From Mobula birostris (taxonomy: Eukaryota): a stretch of 64,000 bases of DNA. Made by a program: the position numbers and the translations under genes. Location: positions 62,669,110 to 62,733,109 of the forward strand of contig NC_092402.1 of NCBI RefSeq assembly GCF_030028105.1, in the 5' to 3' direction. Below are positions 24,816 to 37,154 of this stretch, in pieces; position 1 is the stretch's first letter; each line of letters opens with the position of its first letter. The notes under the pieces are model-generated. The model was not told the DNA's origin, ran no database searches, and saw only the letters and a program-made list of their open reading frames with translations.

Positions 24816-25616
24816 AAAAGAAGGCCAGGGAAGTTAACAAAGGAGGCCCAGAGCTTAGGGCCTTTCCAGCAAGATGACCCCTTACATCCTGTAGAGGGGC
24901 TTCCCAGCGCTATGTAGAAGACCCACCACCATCCATATTAAAAAATTCCATGGGCAAATTGATGAACATATGCACCAATCTTTTTAATTACCAAATACAG
25001 CAACACATAATGTCTGTGTTCAACAAAATGGGAGCATATTGTGGTCGAAAATTATACTCTTTCTTTCCAGTTCCTCCCTTTCTCCACCAGCCGCATCTCC
25101 TAGACCTCTGTGCTCTTCCTATTCTAGCCTCTACAGCACGTTCCATTTAGACCATTCTACCATTGGCAGTGTGCCTTCAGCTGCCTCAGGCTTAAGGCCT
25201 GAACACCCTCCCTGAGCTCCCACCACATTTTTACCTATCTCTCAAAGGAGCTTCTCTGAGTAAACATTGGGTCATCAGCCCTAATATCCTCCTGTTCGGT
25301 TTGCAACAAAATTTGGTTTATATTACCATAAAGTGCCCTGTGACATTTTGTTCTGTTGCAGATGTGAGTACAGGTTAACATTGTTGAAGTTCGTTTGTTG
25401 CCATGTTATGGTAATCACTATTAAATCATTGCTTCCATATATTTGATAACATAATATTATGCTATATGATTTGACTTGGATTTATTAGAGTTTTGAAGTC
25501 TGTTGTACAAATGTTAGTACCTGTGCTCTGGAGTCTGCAAAACTTGATTCTGTTCAATCCTGATAAATATCTGACAATGATACCAAGATATGGAATGTGA
25601 AGCTCAGGGTTTCTGT

Positions 25617-26241
25617 GACTGTTCCCTCGAAACTGCGCGGGTGTGCAGCCGCATTATAATTGAAATGCTCCCACACTCGTAGCCTTTGCTGCCGTGCAGC
25701 TGGAATTTTCTTTTATATAATGTTAATATAGTTTTAAAATTATGCTAATATAGTTTTGAAATATATGTTATAATTTTTGACATATACTGTAATTAATAGT
25801 GTTAATGAATATAATCCATACATTTTCTAAATAATAAATGTATCTCAATCTTTACTTTGAAACGTTTTAGAGCTTCAATTAATTTATGTTGTCAGTGTTT
25901 CAAGTTACAACACTATTCAAGTTGTAACAACAAACACAAATGGAAATCGGTAGCTCATTGTTAATAAATCACTGGCCACTAAACGCCTATGCCATCTAAG
26001 TTGAAAAGTTTACAAAACATGAAAGATTTTCTTTGTTGTACTGTATTTCATAATATCATTCAATTAATAAATAAAATCAAAAGTATGTGATTTTTTTCAG
26101 TTTTCATTCAAAATATTCATAGTATACCTATTATAAAAAAAACACTTAAAGTGCTGTTCAGTTTTCAGGCCGTGTAAAAATTTCCTGCTCAGAGCAATGG
26201 TTGGTCCATGCATCTGGAAAAAATAATTAGAGGGAACATTG
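25617..26241. mobile_element. hAT-type MITE
   Basis: 15-bp TIRs gactgttccctcgaa / ttagagggaacattg; 8-bp TSD gtttctgt (25609-25616) / gtttttgt (26242-26249); AT-rich interior. Confidence 0.85.
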
Positions 26242-26682
26242 GTTTTTGTGGTCAGGAATAAAGCCCTTTGGTAGAGTTTTGTCTCGCATACTGCTTATTG
26301 TTTATTCAGCAACTCAATCTGATAAAAGAACACAGAATAAAAATCTGTCTTGCACAGTGCTCTTTCCTTTCTATTCCTGGGTAGGATGCATGAAAGACAA
26401 GTCACGTCGAGTTTCTTGTCATGTGCACAAGGTTGGCTGAGGTACAGGTACACTGAAAATCTTGCTTGTAGCAAGAATCACAGGCACGTAGGTCCTGACA
26501 ACACATAGGACAGAAATATCCAGCAGTGCAAAACAAAACACAATCAGAGACAAGTCCATGGTAATGCAAGAGGCAGTCTGTAGTGTTTCATTGCTGAGAC
26601 AAAGAGCAGAGAACTTAGCCCAATAAATCCTGGGCACATCCCACCCCACAGGAGAGCAGTCTTGCCTCAAGAAGGAAACATC

Positions 26683-27705
26683 CATGATCAACTCCTGTCT
26701 CAGCAAGAACCTGGACCCACTGCAATTTGCCTTTCATCACAATGTGATCTCAATGGCTATTTACGTGGCCTTGGATCACCTGGACAATAGTAATACCAAT
26801 GTCGGAAGGTTGTTTATTGACTACAGCTCAGCACTTAACGCGATCATCCCTACAGTTCTGATTGAAAAGTTCCAAAACTTGGGCCTCTGTTCCTCCCTCT
26901 GCAACTGGATACTCAATTTCCTAACCAGAAGACCACAATTTGTGTGGGTTGGAAACAACATCACAATCATCATCTCCACCTCACTGACAATCAACACTGG
27001 CGTACCTCATGGATGTGTGCTCAGCCCACTGCTCTACTCTCTACTCCCATGACTGTGTAGCTAGGTACAGCTCAAATTTGCTGATGAATTTTTAGATTTA
27101 TGAAATTCCTGGCTGTCAACATCTCAGAGGATCTATCCATATCGATGAAGGCACGACAGCAGCTATATTTCATTCTGAATTTGAAGAGATTTGGTATGTC
27201 ACCAAAGACACTCGCAAATTTCTACCGATGTCCTGTGGAGAGCATTCTAACTGGCTCCATCACCGTCTGGCATGAGGGGTGGGGGTGTGGTAGTGGTAGC
27301 TACTGCACAGAATCGAAAGAAGCTGAAGAAAATTGTGAACTCAGTCAGCTTCATCATGGGCCTTCATAGTATCCAGGACATCTGCAAGCAGCGGTGCCTC
27401 AAAAAGGTGGCAATCATCCCCCATCACCCAGAAAATGCCCCGTTCTCATTGTTACCATCAAGGAGGAGGTACAGGAGCCTGAAGGCACACACTCAATGAT
27501 TCAGAAACAGCTTCGTCCCCTCTTCCATCTGATTTCTGAATCCATGAACACTACCTCACTACTTTTTTATTTTTGCACTACTTATTTAGTTTAACTATTT
27601 GATATATTTACTTACCGTCATTCACAATTTTTATTATTATGTATTGCAATGTACTGCTGCTGCAAAGACAACAAATTTCATGACATATACCGGTGATATT
27701 AAACC
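26683..27705 (+). mobile_element. Rex1/Babar-type LINE RT fragment, internally deleted
   Basis: LDPLQFA, LFIDYSSA, TGVPHGCVLSPLLYSL and LLPSRRRYRSLK motifs. Confidence 0.85.
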
Positions 27706-29834
27706 AGAGGGCAGGTGCAGCCAGCAAAGCCTCATTTCTCCTTATTGCATAGGAGGCCATTCTGTCCATTGAATCCATGATGGCTCTTAGAGCAATCCCA
27801 TCACTCCCATTAACTCACTTATTTCTTTGTAACCCATAAGGATATAAGAAACGTAAGAAATAGGAGTGGAATAGACCATCTAGCCCATTGAGCCTGCTCC
27901 ACCATTCAATAAGATCATGGCTGATCTGGCCATGGATTCAACTCCACCTTTTTCGCAAATCTATCAAACTGTGTCTTAAATATATTTAATGAAATAAATT
28001 CTATTGCTTCCCTGGGCAGGGAATTCCACAGATTCACTACTCTCTGGGAAAAACAGTTTCTCCTCATCTCCATGCTAAATCTATTCCCCTGAATCTTGAG
28101 GCTAAGTCCCTCAGTTCTGGTCTCTCTTATCAGATGGTAGAAAGTCAAGAAGGATGCTGGATGCATGGGTGGAATCCTTGATAATACTAAGGGTCCTGCA
28201 TAAGCTGAGCTCCTGATAAATGTCCCTGATGGATGGTAGGGAGACCTCTGTGATTCTCTCGGCCATTCTCACGGTCCTTTGTAGGGACTTCCGGTCCAAT
28301 GCTCAGCTGCTCCCATATCAGGTAGAGATGCAGCTGTCAGGACGCTCTCAATGGTGCTCCTGTAAAATACAATTAAGGTGGGGGTGAGGGGAGCCTCCCT
28401 TGCCTCAATTTCCTCAGATGTGCTGTGCCTTCTTACTCAGGGAGGTGATATTGAGGGACCAGGTGAGGTCATCCATGATGTGAACTCCCAGGAACTTGGT
28501 GCACTTAACTTATGGAGGAGCCACGTATGTGGTTCATCTGCACCTTCCACAATCATTTTCTTGGTCTTCTCCACATTCAGATTTAGGCTTCTTCATCATC
28601 ACTGGATCAACAGAAGCTCCCTCCTTACAGCATTATGGGAGCACCTTCACCAGAAGACCAATAGAGATTGCCAATAAATATTGCCATTGGTTGAAATTTT
28701 AAGATAATTTTGAACATTAATGTTGTGTTTGGCCCAGTAACAATGTATAGACAGGACCCCGAGATGAACTGGTTGATGGAGCCGTGGTTTAACGCATCAT
28801 CCCAGAAAGGAAAATAACATGGAAATAGAATTTAATGAGGAGCTCCTATAAACAGTTCAAGAAAGGGTGGGAAGGAGTTGATGGGAAATTCGGACTGTGA
28901 ATAATGCCCAGGATTACACGTGGCCACTTCCCTTTCATGTTGCGTGTTTGGACGCGGAGGTTTATACAATGGGAGCAAACAGCAAGTGGTTTGGCACTAT
29001 GGAATTCTGCACTTAGTTCAAAGTTATGCTTGGATCCCAACTGTTTATGTGAACTCCACTGAGCCACTGTGTTTAATCCAATTAAAATATTATTGACATT
29101 TTCACTGGTGAAAATATTAGCCGCATATTGACGTCATTTTACTCATTTGCTGACTGGAATTAAACGCAGGAGTGAAAGGTACAAAAGTCACCCATGACTT
29201 TAACCCTTGACAAACCCCTCCCAGCCCCAAACAAGTAGAAAGAATAGGCAAGTAGCTGCAAAGCTAAAAATTGCCCCAAATCTGGATCCTGCAATATTCT
29301 TGGTGGTAGTTCAGGTTGTAGGCTGATAAGGTCAACGTCTTATTTTTAGTAATGACAAAGGGAGAGTTTTGTTTCTCGGCAACACCAGCACAGTGGGAAG
29401 AGACCGACTAGGCCGAAGTATCCCAGGTCTTTTGTCTAAATCCAGTCACTCACCTCCTACCCCTCTAGCCACCCAGGCTCCTTCAGGGACTAAGCTTTGC
29501 CACCAACTATTAATGAGGAGAAAACATGGGTCTTCCAAGGCCATGAAGACAAAGAGGCCCACTACCAACTGGTTGCCATGGAGTATGCCCATGAACTACT
29601 GCCACCTCATACCCACTCCCACCACCAGGCAGGTTGTCAACTAATAGAGTAGAATTTTGAAAAGAGTTATTCAAGGATTTAAGTTATATTTGTCCTCTGT
29701 GAAAATATCTAGGCATGTTATTCCCAGTCAACATGTAAAAATAAGGAGCTTGTATTGATGTTACAATGGACAAATTTACAATCACCAAGGTGTGTGCTAA
29801 TATAGAGTCACTATCATATGCATTGAATGATGTA

Positions 29835-29995
29835 TACATAGCAAGCTCCCATAAATTGCATTTTGGATAATGGCCAGGTACTTTGTGTAATACTGGTAAA
29901 TATTGGCCAGGACACTGAAGTCAACTCTTCTGCCTTTCTTCAAAATGTGCCAAGCAACCTTTTACATCAACCTCAGAGAGCATCGGGGCTTAAAC
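29835..29995 (-). mobile_element. Deu-domain SINE fragment
   Basis: taaatattggccaggacac...ttcttcaaaatgtgcca...ttttacatcaacctcagag. Confidence 0.6.
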
Positions 29996-30007
29996 CAGTC
30001 ACCCTTG

Positions 30008-30535
30008 GGGCGGCACAGTGGCACAGCTGGTAGAGCTGCTGTCTCACAACTCCAGAGACCGGGGTTCAATCCTGTGCTGTGAACTTTCACTGACCCTGTT
30101 ATACTTACTATTCTATAGATTTGCTGAGTGTGCTCACAAGAAAATGAATCTCAGAGGTTCTATATGGTGACATATAGGTACTTTGATAATAAAATTTACT
30201 TTCAATATTGAAATTTGAACATTGAACTTTAGAATGATACAGCACAGAAACAGGCCATTTGGTCCATCAAATCCACACAGCCATTGAGTTCCTGTGTTGG
30301 TGTATAGGACAGCACGGTATCATCGCAGTTAGCGTAATGCTATTACAGTGCTAGCTACCTGGGTTCAATTCCATTACGTTTGTACGTTCTCCCCTTGACT
30401 GCTTGAGTTTCCTCCAGGTGCTCCGGTTTCCTCCCACTTTCCAAAGACGTAAGGGTTGGTAGGTCACATGGGTGTAATTGGCTGGACTTGTTGGGCCAGA
30501 AGGGCCGGTTACCATGCTGTATCTCTAATTAAATA
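30008..30535 (+). mobile_element. Cluster of V-SINE copies with intervening LINE tails
   Basis: tRNA-like heads at 30008 (ggcggcacagtggc...ggttcaatcc) and 30305; V-domain at 30380-30440. Confidence 0.65.
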
Positions 30536-31504
30536 AAAGAAAATTAAATATTCTCACTTATCTGACTCTAACATAACTCCTCCCCTCCCCCAATTCTCAT
30601 AAACAATAAACTCAACTTGATTTGACAATGTCCAAAAAACTAACAGTCCCTGTCTTGAACGTACTCAGTGTCGGAACTTCCACAGCCTTTTTGGGGACAG
30701 GATTCCAACCATCCGCCACCCTCGACAGTTCACAAGCTGTTCCCTCAGCCTGAGTTGAGCTTTCGGCTGTGACTGCTGCATATTTATTAGCTCCCTGGAT
30801 CGGACTGAAGTGAGTTGCAGGTGGCGGAATCATTGCCTGGTGTGACCTGGCCATTCTTGACCTGTGACCCCCCACCCCACCCCCACCATAACCCAGTGGA
30901 ATGGCAAAAGCAGCTGGACTCATGGAGGACCACAGGAAAGCAGTGACACAACACTGAAACAGGAGCTGAGAAGACATGCAGGGAGTGGTGGGAGTGCTTT
31001 AAGGTTTAAGGGATCAAAGGCAATGAATTTGGCCCTTCAATCACTGGAGTCATGGCTCATCTTTAACTCAGCACCACTGCATTAATCCAATATCTCTTAG
31101 TTTCCTTAAGAACCAAAAATCTATCTTGAATATACTCAGCAATTGAACTGTTGCCTCATGAGTAGAAAATTACAAAAATTCACTACCCTCTTGCTAAATG
31201 AATCACTCCCTGCTTCCACCTCAGTTCTCTCCTGGCTCAGCAATTATTCGATGCTAGATGCCCCCGCCAGAGGAAGCAACAATTCCACTGGATGAGCCAG
31301 CACTCCACAGGGCTCCCCTGATGATTCACAGGCATGAGTCCAGATCCCACCAGGAAAGTTACATTGAGTTAGATTTGTAAAAATGGGAACTGAAAGAAAG
31401 GGTCCCCCAATGATAGAGCACGCATCAGGTTTAATAATGTTGTTAATAGTCAGAAATTTGTTGTCTGCCAGCTTTGTTCCACCTGTGTCTGAAGACTCAC
31501 TACA

Positions 31505-32270
31505 AGATGGTGAGGGAGGAAGTATAGGGGCACGTGTAGCACTTGTTCCGCTTACAAGGATAAGTGCCGGGAGGGAGATCAGTGGGGAGGGATGGGGGGG
31601 ACGAATGGACAAGGGAGTTGTGTAGGGAGCAATCCCTGCGGAATGCAGGGGGGGGCGGGGGGTGGAAAGATGTGCTTAGTGGTGAGATCCCATTGGAGGT
31701 GGCGGAAGTTACGGAGAATAATATGTTGGACCCAGAGGCTGGTGGGGTGGTAGGAGAGGACAAGGGGAACCCTATTCCTAGTGGGGTGGCGGGAGGATGA
31801 GGTGAGAGCAGATGTGCGTGAAATGGGGGAGATGCGTTTGAGAGCAGAGTTGATAGTGGAGGAAGGGAAGCCCCTTTCTTTAAAAAAGGAGGACATCTCC
31901 TTCGTCTTGGAATGAAAAGCCTCATCCTGAGAGCAGATGCGGCGGAGACGGAGGAATTGCGAGAGGGGGATGACATTTTTGCAAGAGACAGGGTGGGAAG
32001 AGAAATAGTCCAGGGAGCTGTGAGAGTCCGTAGGCTTATAGTAGACATCAGTAGATAAGCTGTCTCCAGAGACAGAGACAGAAAGATCTAGAAAGGGGAG
32101 GGAGGTGTCAGAAATGGACCAGGTAAACTTGAGGGCAGGGTGAAAGTTGGAGGCAAAGTTGATGAAGTCAACGAGCTCAGCATGCGTGCAGGAAGCAGCA
32201 CCAATGCAGTCGTCAATGTAGCAAAGGAAAAGTGGGGGACAGATACCAGAATAGGCTTGGAACATGGACT
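31505..32270 (-). mobile_element. Penelope-like (Neptune-type) internal RT/linker fragment without pLTRs
   Basis: YIDDC, LPFLD, YYKPTD and PGTYPCKRNKCYTC motifs; highly similar to 58760-59520. Confidence 0.9.
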
Positions 32271-32284
32271 TATCAGACTGGTTC

Positions 32285-32560
32285 TAGGGATAGTGCAGTT
32301 TGCCATATGAAGAGAGATTAAGTGGACTGGGACTGTATTCTGTGGAGTTCAGAAGAACTGGAGGAGACCTCACTGAAACTTACACAATTCTTAAAGGGCT
32401 TGACAGAATGGATACAGGGAAGCTGGCTATGGAGTCCAGCTTCACAGAATTGAGAATAAAGAATAGGCTGTTTAGGACTGAGATTAGGAGAAGGACAGAG
32501 GCCAGCGGATCTTCGGAATTTTCTATTCTCAAGGACTGTGGAGGCTCAGTCAATGTGTTC
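32285..32560 (+). mobile_element. CR1 ORF2 C-terminal fragment
   Basis: YEERLSGLGLYSVEFRRTGGDLTETYTILKGLD. Confidence 0.8.
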
Positions 32561-32590
32561 AATCCCATACTTTAATCTAGTGTCTCAATC

Positions 32591-33050
32591 GACCCTGGGT
32601 GCTGAATCCGGAAGTGTCCTTGTGTTTTGATCAGTAGTTAGATACAATTGAATAATTTGCTGAACCATTTTGAAATAGTTCAGTGTACACATATGAAGGA
32701 CATCAATGGACCAATCTGGTCATTTTGTGGTCAATTTTACTAAGACTAGATTTGCTTCAAAACACATTGGTCTTAAAATCAAATCTGGTGCTTGTCAAAA
32801 TGAATGCTACTTAGTCAAATAATGGTCAATTATTACAACAGTTGTTGATAATTAATACAAAGACATCTGATTTTAAATGGTACGCTGAACTAATTAAGTG
32901 GAGTCGGCTGAATAAACAACATGTTGGAGCTACCTCTGTTTCTGATTTATGAGGTACAGGGTTAACACACACACACACTCAGGCACATTGCATTATATAC
33001 TGAACAATTTTGGCTGAAAACTTGCTCCGCAGTTCCAAACATCACCCACG
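32591..33050. other. Unclassified multi-hairpin non-coding element, copy 1
   Basis: 32773-32950 aligns to 34476-34654 and 33005-33050 to 34795-34840; several contiguous inverted-repeat domains (see findings). Confidence 0.6.
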
Positions 33051-33823
33051 ATTGTTCAGCTCTCCATCGCCATTTCCCACAGCTCGTTCATGAGATCCAT
33101 GTTGATTTCATAAGCTGTAGCATTGAGTCTCCTGCAGAGTTCCAGAAGCAGGCATGGTACATTGAGCCCCTCACCAGCTGCTGTAGCCACCTTCCCCTCC
33201 CCGCCCCACCCACTGGGACAATCCGGAAGTAGAACCACCCTTGTGAGTCCAGGAGGACCAGTGATGTCTCCACTCGAAAAGCCACCAGAAGCAAGGCTAT
33301 TCGACTGGGTGATTACATGAAGGTGACAGGTATGAAAAGACCATTGGATGTGAGAAAGCTACACCACTGCATGCTCATAGAGGCTTCATGGGTAAGCACT
33401 TAGGTTTAGGGTCAGAGGATGAGGATCTGAGGGTTTTACACAGAGTATTTCACACATATCTGGAATGTGCTGCCAGAGGAGGTGGTGGAATCAGGTGAGA
33501 GGCATTCAGGCACTTAATTAGGGAAGGTATGGAAGGATATGGTCCTAATGCAGGCAAACAGCATTAAGGTCAACATGGACACAATGAAGGGCCCAGTTCT
33601 GTACCATGTAACTCAATAACACTTCCTCTTCTACCTGCCTGTCTTCACACCCTGTAGGCTTTTGGATGAGGCAAAAATTAATAGGACAAGGTCAGCAGCA
33701 GGCAAGTGGGAAGAGCCCCAGTAATTATGTTAACTGTCGCTCTAAATATCTCCTGCTGATTCTGAATATGTTTAAGATTATGTGGTGAAAATAAAGCATT
33801 GAATCAGTCCGTGGTCTAATCTG

Positions 33824-33962
33824 NNNNNNNNNNNNNNNNNNNNNNNNNNNNNNNNNNNNNNNNNNNNNNNNNNNNNNNNNNNNNNNNNNNNNNNNNNNNN
33901 NNNNNNNNNNNNNNNNNNNNNNNNNNNNNNNNNNNNNNNNNNNNNNNNNNNNNNNNNNNNNN
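33824..33962. other. N run, 139 nt (gap or masked sequence)
   Basis: Directly visible. Confidence 0.99.
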
Positions 33963-34473
33963 CAGGGTCTGAAAGTGCCACTCAATTGTCCAGGCTAATA
34001 GACTTGTTTGACCTGATGGCACAAATCCTTTACTCCTCTACCACTCACAATTAAGACCGAACTTGTTGGTTTTAGTCAACGTATTACACCAAGGGTTCAG
34101 CCATAAAGCTGCTTCTTTGACCTGATGTCCTAAAGAACAAGAAGGCACTTGCAGAGTCTCGTGGGTCAACAAAAAAATATTTGCAGCTCGTGTTTGGAGA
34201 AGGCTTTCAGGAATGCCTTTAAGGAATGCAATTTAGGCCACTTGGAGCCTGGCAAAAATAGGAGGAAATTGCAACAGTCAAGACTATGCCCCTGTTGTTA
34301 TCTTAACCCCATGGGTGCATTTAGTTGGAGAGGATGATATTAGTCCCAGATGAAACCTTATAGATGCAAAGGATTCTATTTATTTACTGGGTGTGAACAT
34401 CGCTAGGAAGGCCAGCATTTATCACCCATCCCTAACTGTCCTTCAGAAGGTGGTGGAGATTAACATATAAAAG

Positions 34474-34840
34474 ATTTAAAATCAAGTCTAGCGCTTGTCA
34501 AAAACAATGCTACTTAGTCAAATAATCACCAATTATTACAGCAATTGTTGATAATTAATACAAGACAAATTTGATTTTAAATGTTATACTGAACCAATTA
34601 AGTGCAGTCAGCTGAATAAACAACAAGATGGAACTACCTCTGTTTTTGATTTATNNNNNNNNNNNNNNNNNNNNNNNNNNNNNNNNNNNNNNNNNNNNNN
34701 NNNNNNNNNNNNNNNNNNNNNNNNNNNNNNNNNNNNNNNNNNNNNNNNNNNNNNNNNNNNNNNNNNNNNNNNNNNNNNNNNNNNNNNNNNNNNNCAAATC
34801 TGGCTGAAAACACAGCCCTCCAGCTCCACATATCGTCCAG
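34474..34840. other. Unclassified multi-hairpin non-coding element, copy 2 (spans the N run)
   Basis: Roughly 80 percent identical by eye to 32773-32950; homology resumes after the Ns (caaatctggctgaaaac vs caattttggctgaaaac). Confidence 0.6.
34655..34794. other. N run, 140 nt (gap or masked sequence)
   Basis: Directly visible. Confidence 0.99.
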
Positions 34841-35149
34841 GGTTACGGCGCAGGAAGGAATCCATTTGGCTCAACCACAGAGGAAACCTGTGAGCCACAG
34901 ACACAGCACCTGAAGTCAGGATCGGACCAGGGTGACTGAAGCTGTAAGGCAGAAATGTTGTTGGCTGTCCATTGGTTATTTCTTCCTGTGTTGTATCTGG
35001 CTCCTCGTAGACAACAACCAGGTTAATTTTATAAACCGGAGCCTTATGTTTCCTGGTGAGTTTCACATTGTCAGCCAGACACCATTATTCTGGGAGGCCA
35101 TTCCAAAAACAAGTAGGATCCATTGCGCTTGTTCCTACTCCAGGCCTTA

Positions 35150-35467
35150 TACAGAAGAGATTCTACAGATGTTGGGAATCTTGAACAAGACACACAAAAT
35201 GCTGGAGCCCCCACCTTTCTCCTACCCCACTTTCCTTGGCCCCTCCACCCTCCACTCTCCACTGACTCCTCCAATCCTCTGTGCTTCCCTGACCCCAGCT
35301 CCAGCCCCCACTGTGTCTTCAGCATCGGCTCTGACCTTCCCCTCTCTGAGGCGGAACATTCTGAGTAGGGGCCTAACTTTCGGCCTCATGCACCCAAACC
35401 TCAATGAGTTCAGTGCCCGATATGATGCCGAGCTCTTCTTCTGTCTTCCAGCATTTTGTGCATTGCC
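35150..35467 (+). mobile_element. Internally deleted PLE: inverted tail, N-terminal ORF piece and pLTR end
   Basis: SDLPLSEAE...LSRGLTF...NEFSARYDAELFF is the PLE N-terminal LSKGL motif; flanked by cacacaaaatgctggag / ttccagcattttgtg. Confidence 0.7.
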
Positions 35468-35623
35468 CACTCCAGGACTTGCAGCTTAATCTTGCAGGGA
35501 GAGACGACCAGTCAAAGGGACTCACTGTGCTAAGGGGCTTCCCACCTTCAAAGGTATGGAAAGGAAAATTAGTCCAACACCGATTCTCTGGCATGCAGGA
35601 GAATGAGAGTTGATCTTCTAAAG

Positions 35624-35703
35624 CAGGGGTTCCCAACCTAGGGTCCGTGGACCCCTGGCTTAATGGTATCAGTCTATGGCATAAACAAGGTTGGGAACCC
35701 CTG
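35624..35703. mobile_element. 80-bp hAT (Charlie-type) MITE
   Basis: TIR caggggttcccaacct / aggttgggaacccctg; 8-bp TSD ttctaaag / ttccagag (NTCTAGAN-like). Confidence 0.85.
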
Positions 35704-35714
35704 TTCCAGAGGCA

Positions 35715-36730
35715 TACCAAATTATTAGGGGTATAGGTATGGTCAATGCATGCAGCTTTTTCCCCTCAGGTTTGATGAGACTAGGACTAGAGGTCATAGA
35801 TTTAGAATGAGAGGTGAAATATTTCAGAGGAATCTGAGGGGGAGCTTTTTCACTCAGAGGGTAGTGTGAATGTGGAACAAGCTGCCGACAGAAGGTGATG
35901 GATGTGGGTTCATTCGGAACATTTAGGAGAAGTTTAGGTAGGCAGATGATGGGAGGGTTTGGAGAGATATGGTGCAGGTGCAGGCAGAGCATCAGGCTGG
36001 CATGGACTAGATGGGCCAAAGGGCCTATTTCTGTGCTGTAGTGCTCTATGACTCTATAAGAGACAAGATAATCACAAAAACAGCAATAGAAAGAACCAGA
36101 ACCTGAACCATTATCCCAATGCTTGCTAAGAGAGCAGTCATGGCTAAGCATGTCCTTTCCCGCCCCCAACATGACCTTCCCCCATTGCCACAACCTCACG
36201 CCAGCCCTTGAAGCCATGTAGTCTGTACAAGATGTTGGTGAGACCATGCTTGGAGTATTGTGTGCAGTTCTGGCCATAGGAAGAATGCGATTAAGCAGGA
36301 AAGGATGCAGGAAAGATTCAGGAGGATATTACCAGAGCTGGATGGCTTGAGCTATAAGGGGAGATTAGATCGAATGTGGCTTTTTTCCCCGGAGTGCAGG
36401 AGGCTGACCTTTCAAAAGGTTTATAAAACCATGAGGAGTATAGATAGCATAGAACGGTCACAGTCTTTTTCTCAGGGTAGGGAGTCTAAATATAGAGAGC
36501 ATAGAGGGAGGAAGATTTAAAGAGGACCTGAAGGCAAGTCTTTCACACGGAGGATGGTGGCCACATGGAATGAGCTGCCAGCAGGTGTGGTCGAGGCAGG
36601 TACAATTACAAATATTAAAAATTGGACAAATACATAGGCCAAACACAGGCAAATGGAGCTGGCCCACTTGGTCAGCATGGCAAGTTGAGCCAAAGGGCCT
36701 AGTTCTGTGTTGTTCACCTTTGTGATTTTA
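35715..36730 (+). mobile_element. Two CR1 3' fragments (35715-36060 and 36230-36730)
   Basis: LDGLSYKGRLDR-type peptides and CR1 3' UTRs (gggcctatttctgtgctgt). Confidence 0.75.
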
Positions 36731-37154
36731 TGAGGGAAATTTCTTTGTTCAGCAAGCTGTAAATAGTTGGTGCTCTGTACTGCGGAGAAACAGATACTCA
36801 GTCACTGAATATGTGGAGTTAGCCACAGATCAGCCATGGATCCAAATTGTGTACTCTTTTTCCTGTAACTTTTGTTCTAATATTCAATACTGTTGCAGGC
36901 AGTGTTTTCAACATTAGGAGAATCAAAGGCTGTTGGCAGTATGGTGGCACTTGACAAGATGAATCAGCCCTGATATTGTCGAAAGGTGAAGTAGGTTCAA
37001 AGGTCCAACTATTGCTCCAGTTTACATTGATTTCTCTAACTTCTGGTAATTTCTCCCCCTCTCCCTTCTCTGCTTTTCTATTCCTCATACTGGCTTTCCC
37101 CTCACCCCTTTTCTTCTCCTCATCTGCCTATCTCCTCCCTCTGGTGCCCATCTT

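Noticed and set aside
30008-30075. tRNA gene
   Set aside because: A/B boxes only; this is a SINE head without a complete cloverleaf.
32927-32963. Superficial resemblance to group II intron domain V (gagc...hairpin...ggtt)
   Set aside because: Stem and bulge geometry are wrong, there is no GNRA loop, domain VI or GUGYG start, and such introns are not known from vertebrate nuclear DNA.
32950-32965. tgaggta as a let-7 start; agggttaa as a telomerase template or piggyBac end
   Set aside because: The matches are only 7-8 nt, with no full mature miRNA, template or matching TTAA-bounded opposite TIR.
33056-33320. Possible host exon (ctgcag acceptor near 33136 and gtgagt donor near 33243; minus-strand peptide LNATAYEINMDLMNELWEM)
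   Set aside because: No recognisable protein, no partner exons, and the splice-like signals are of chance strength.
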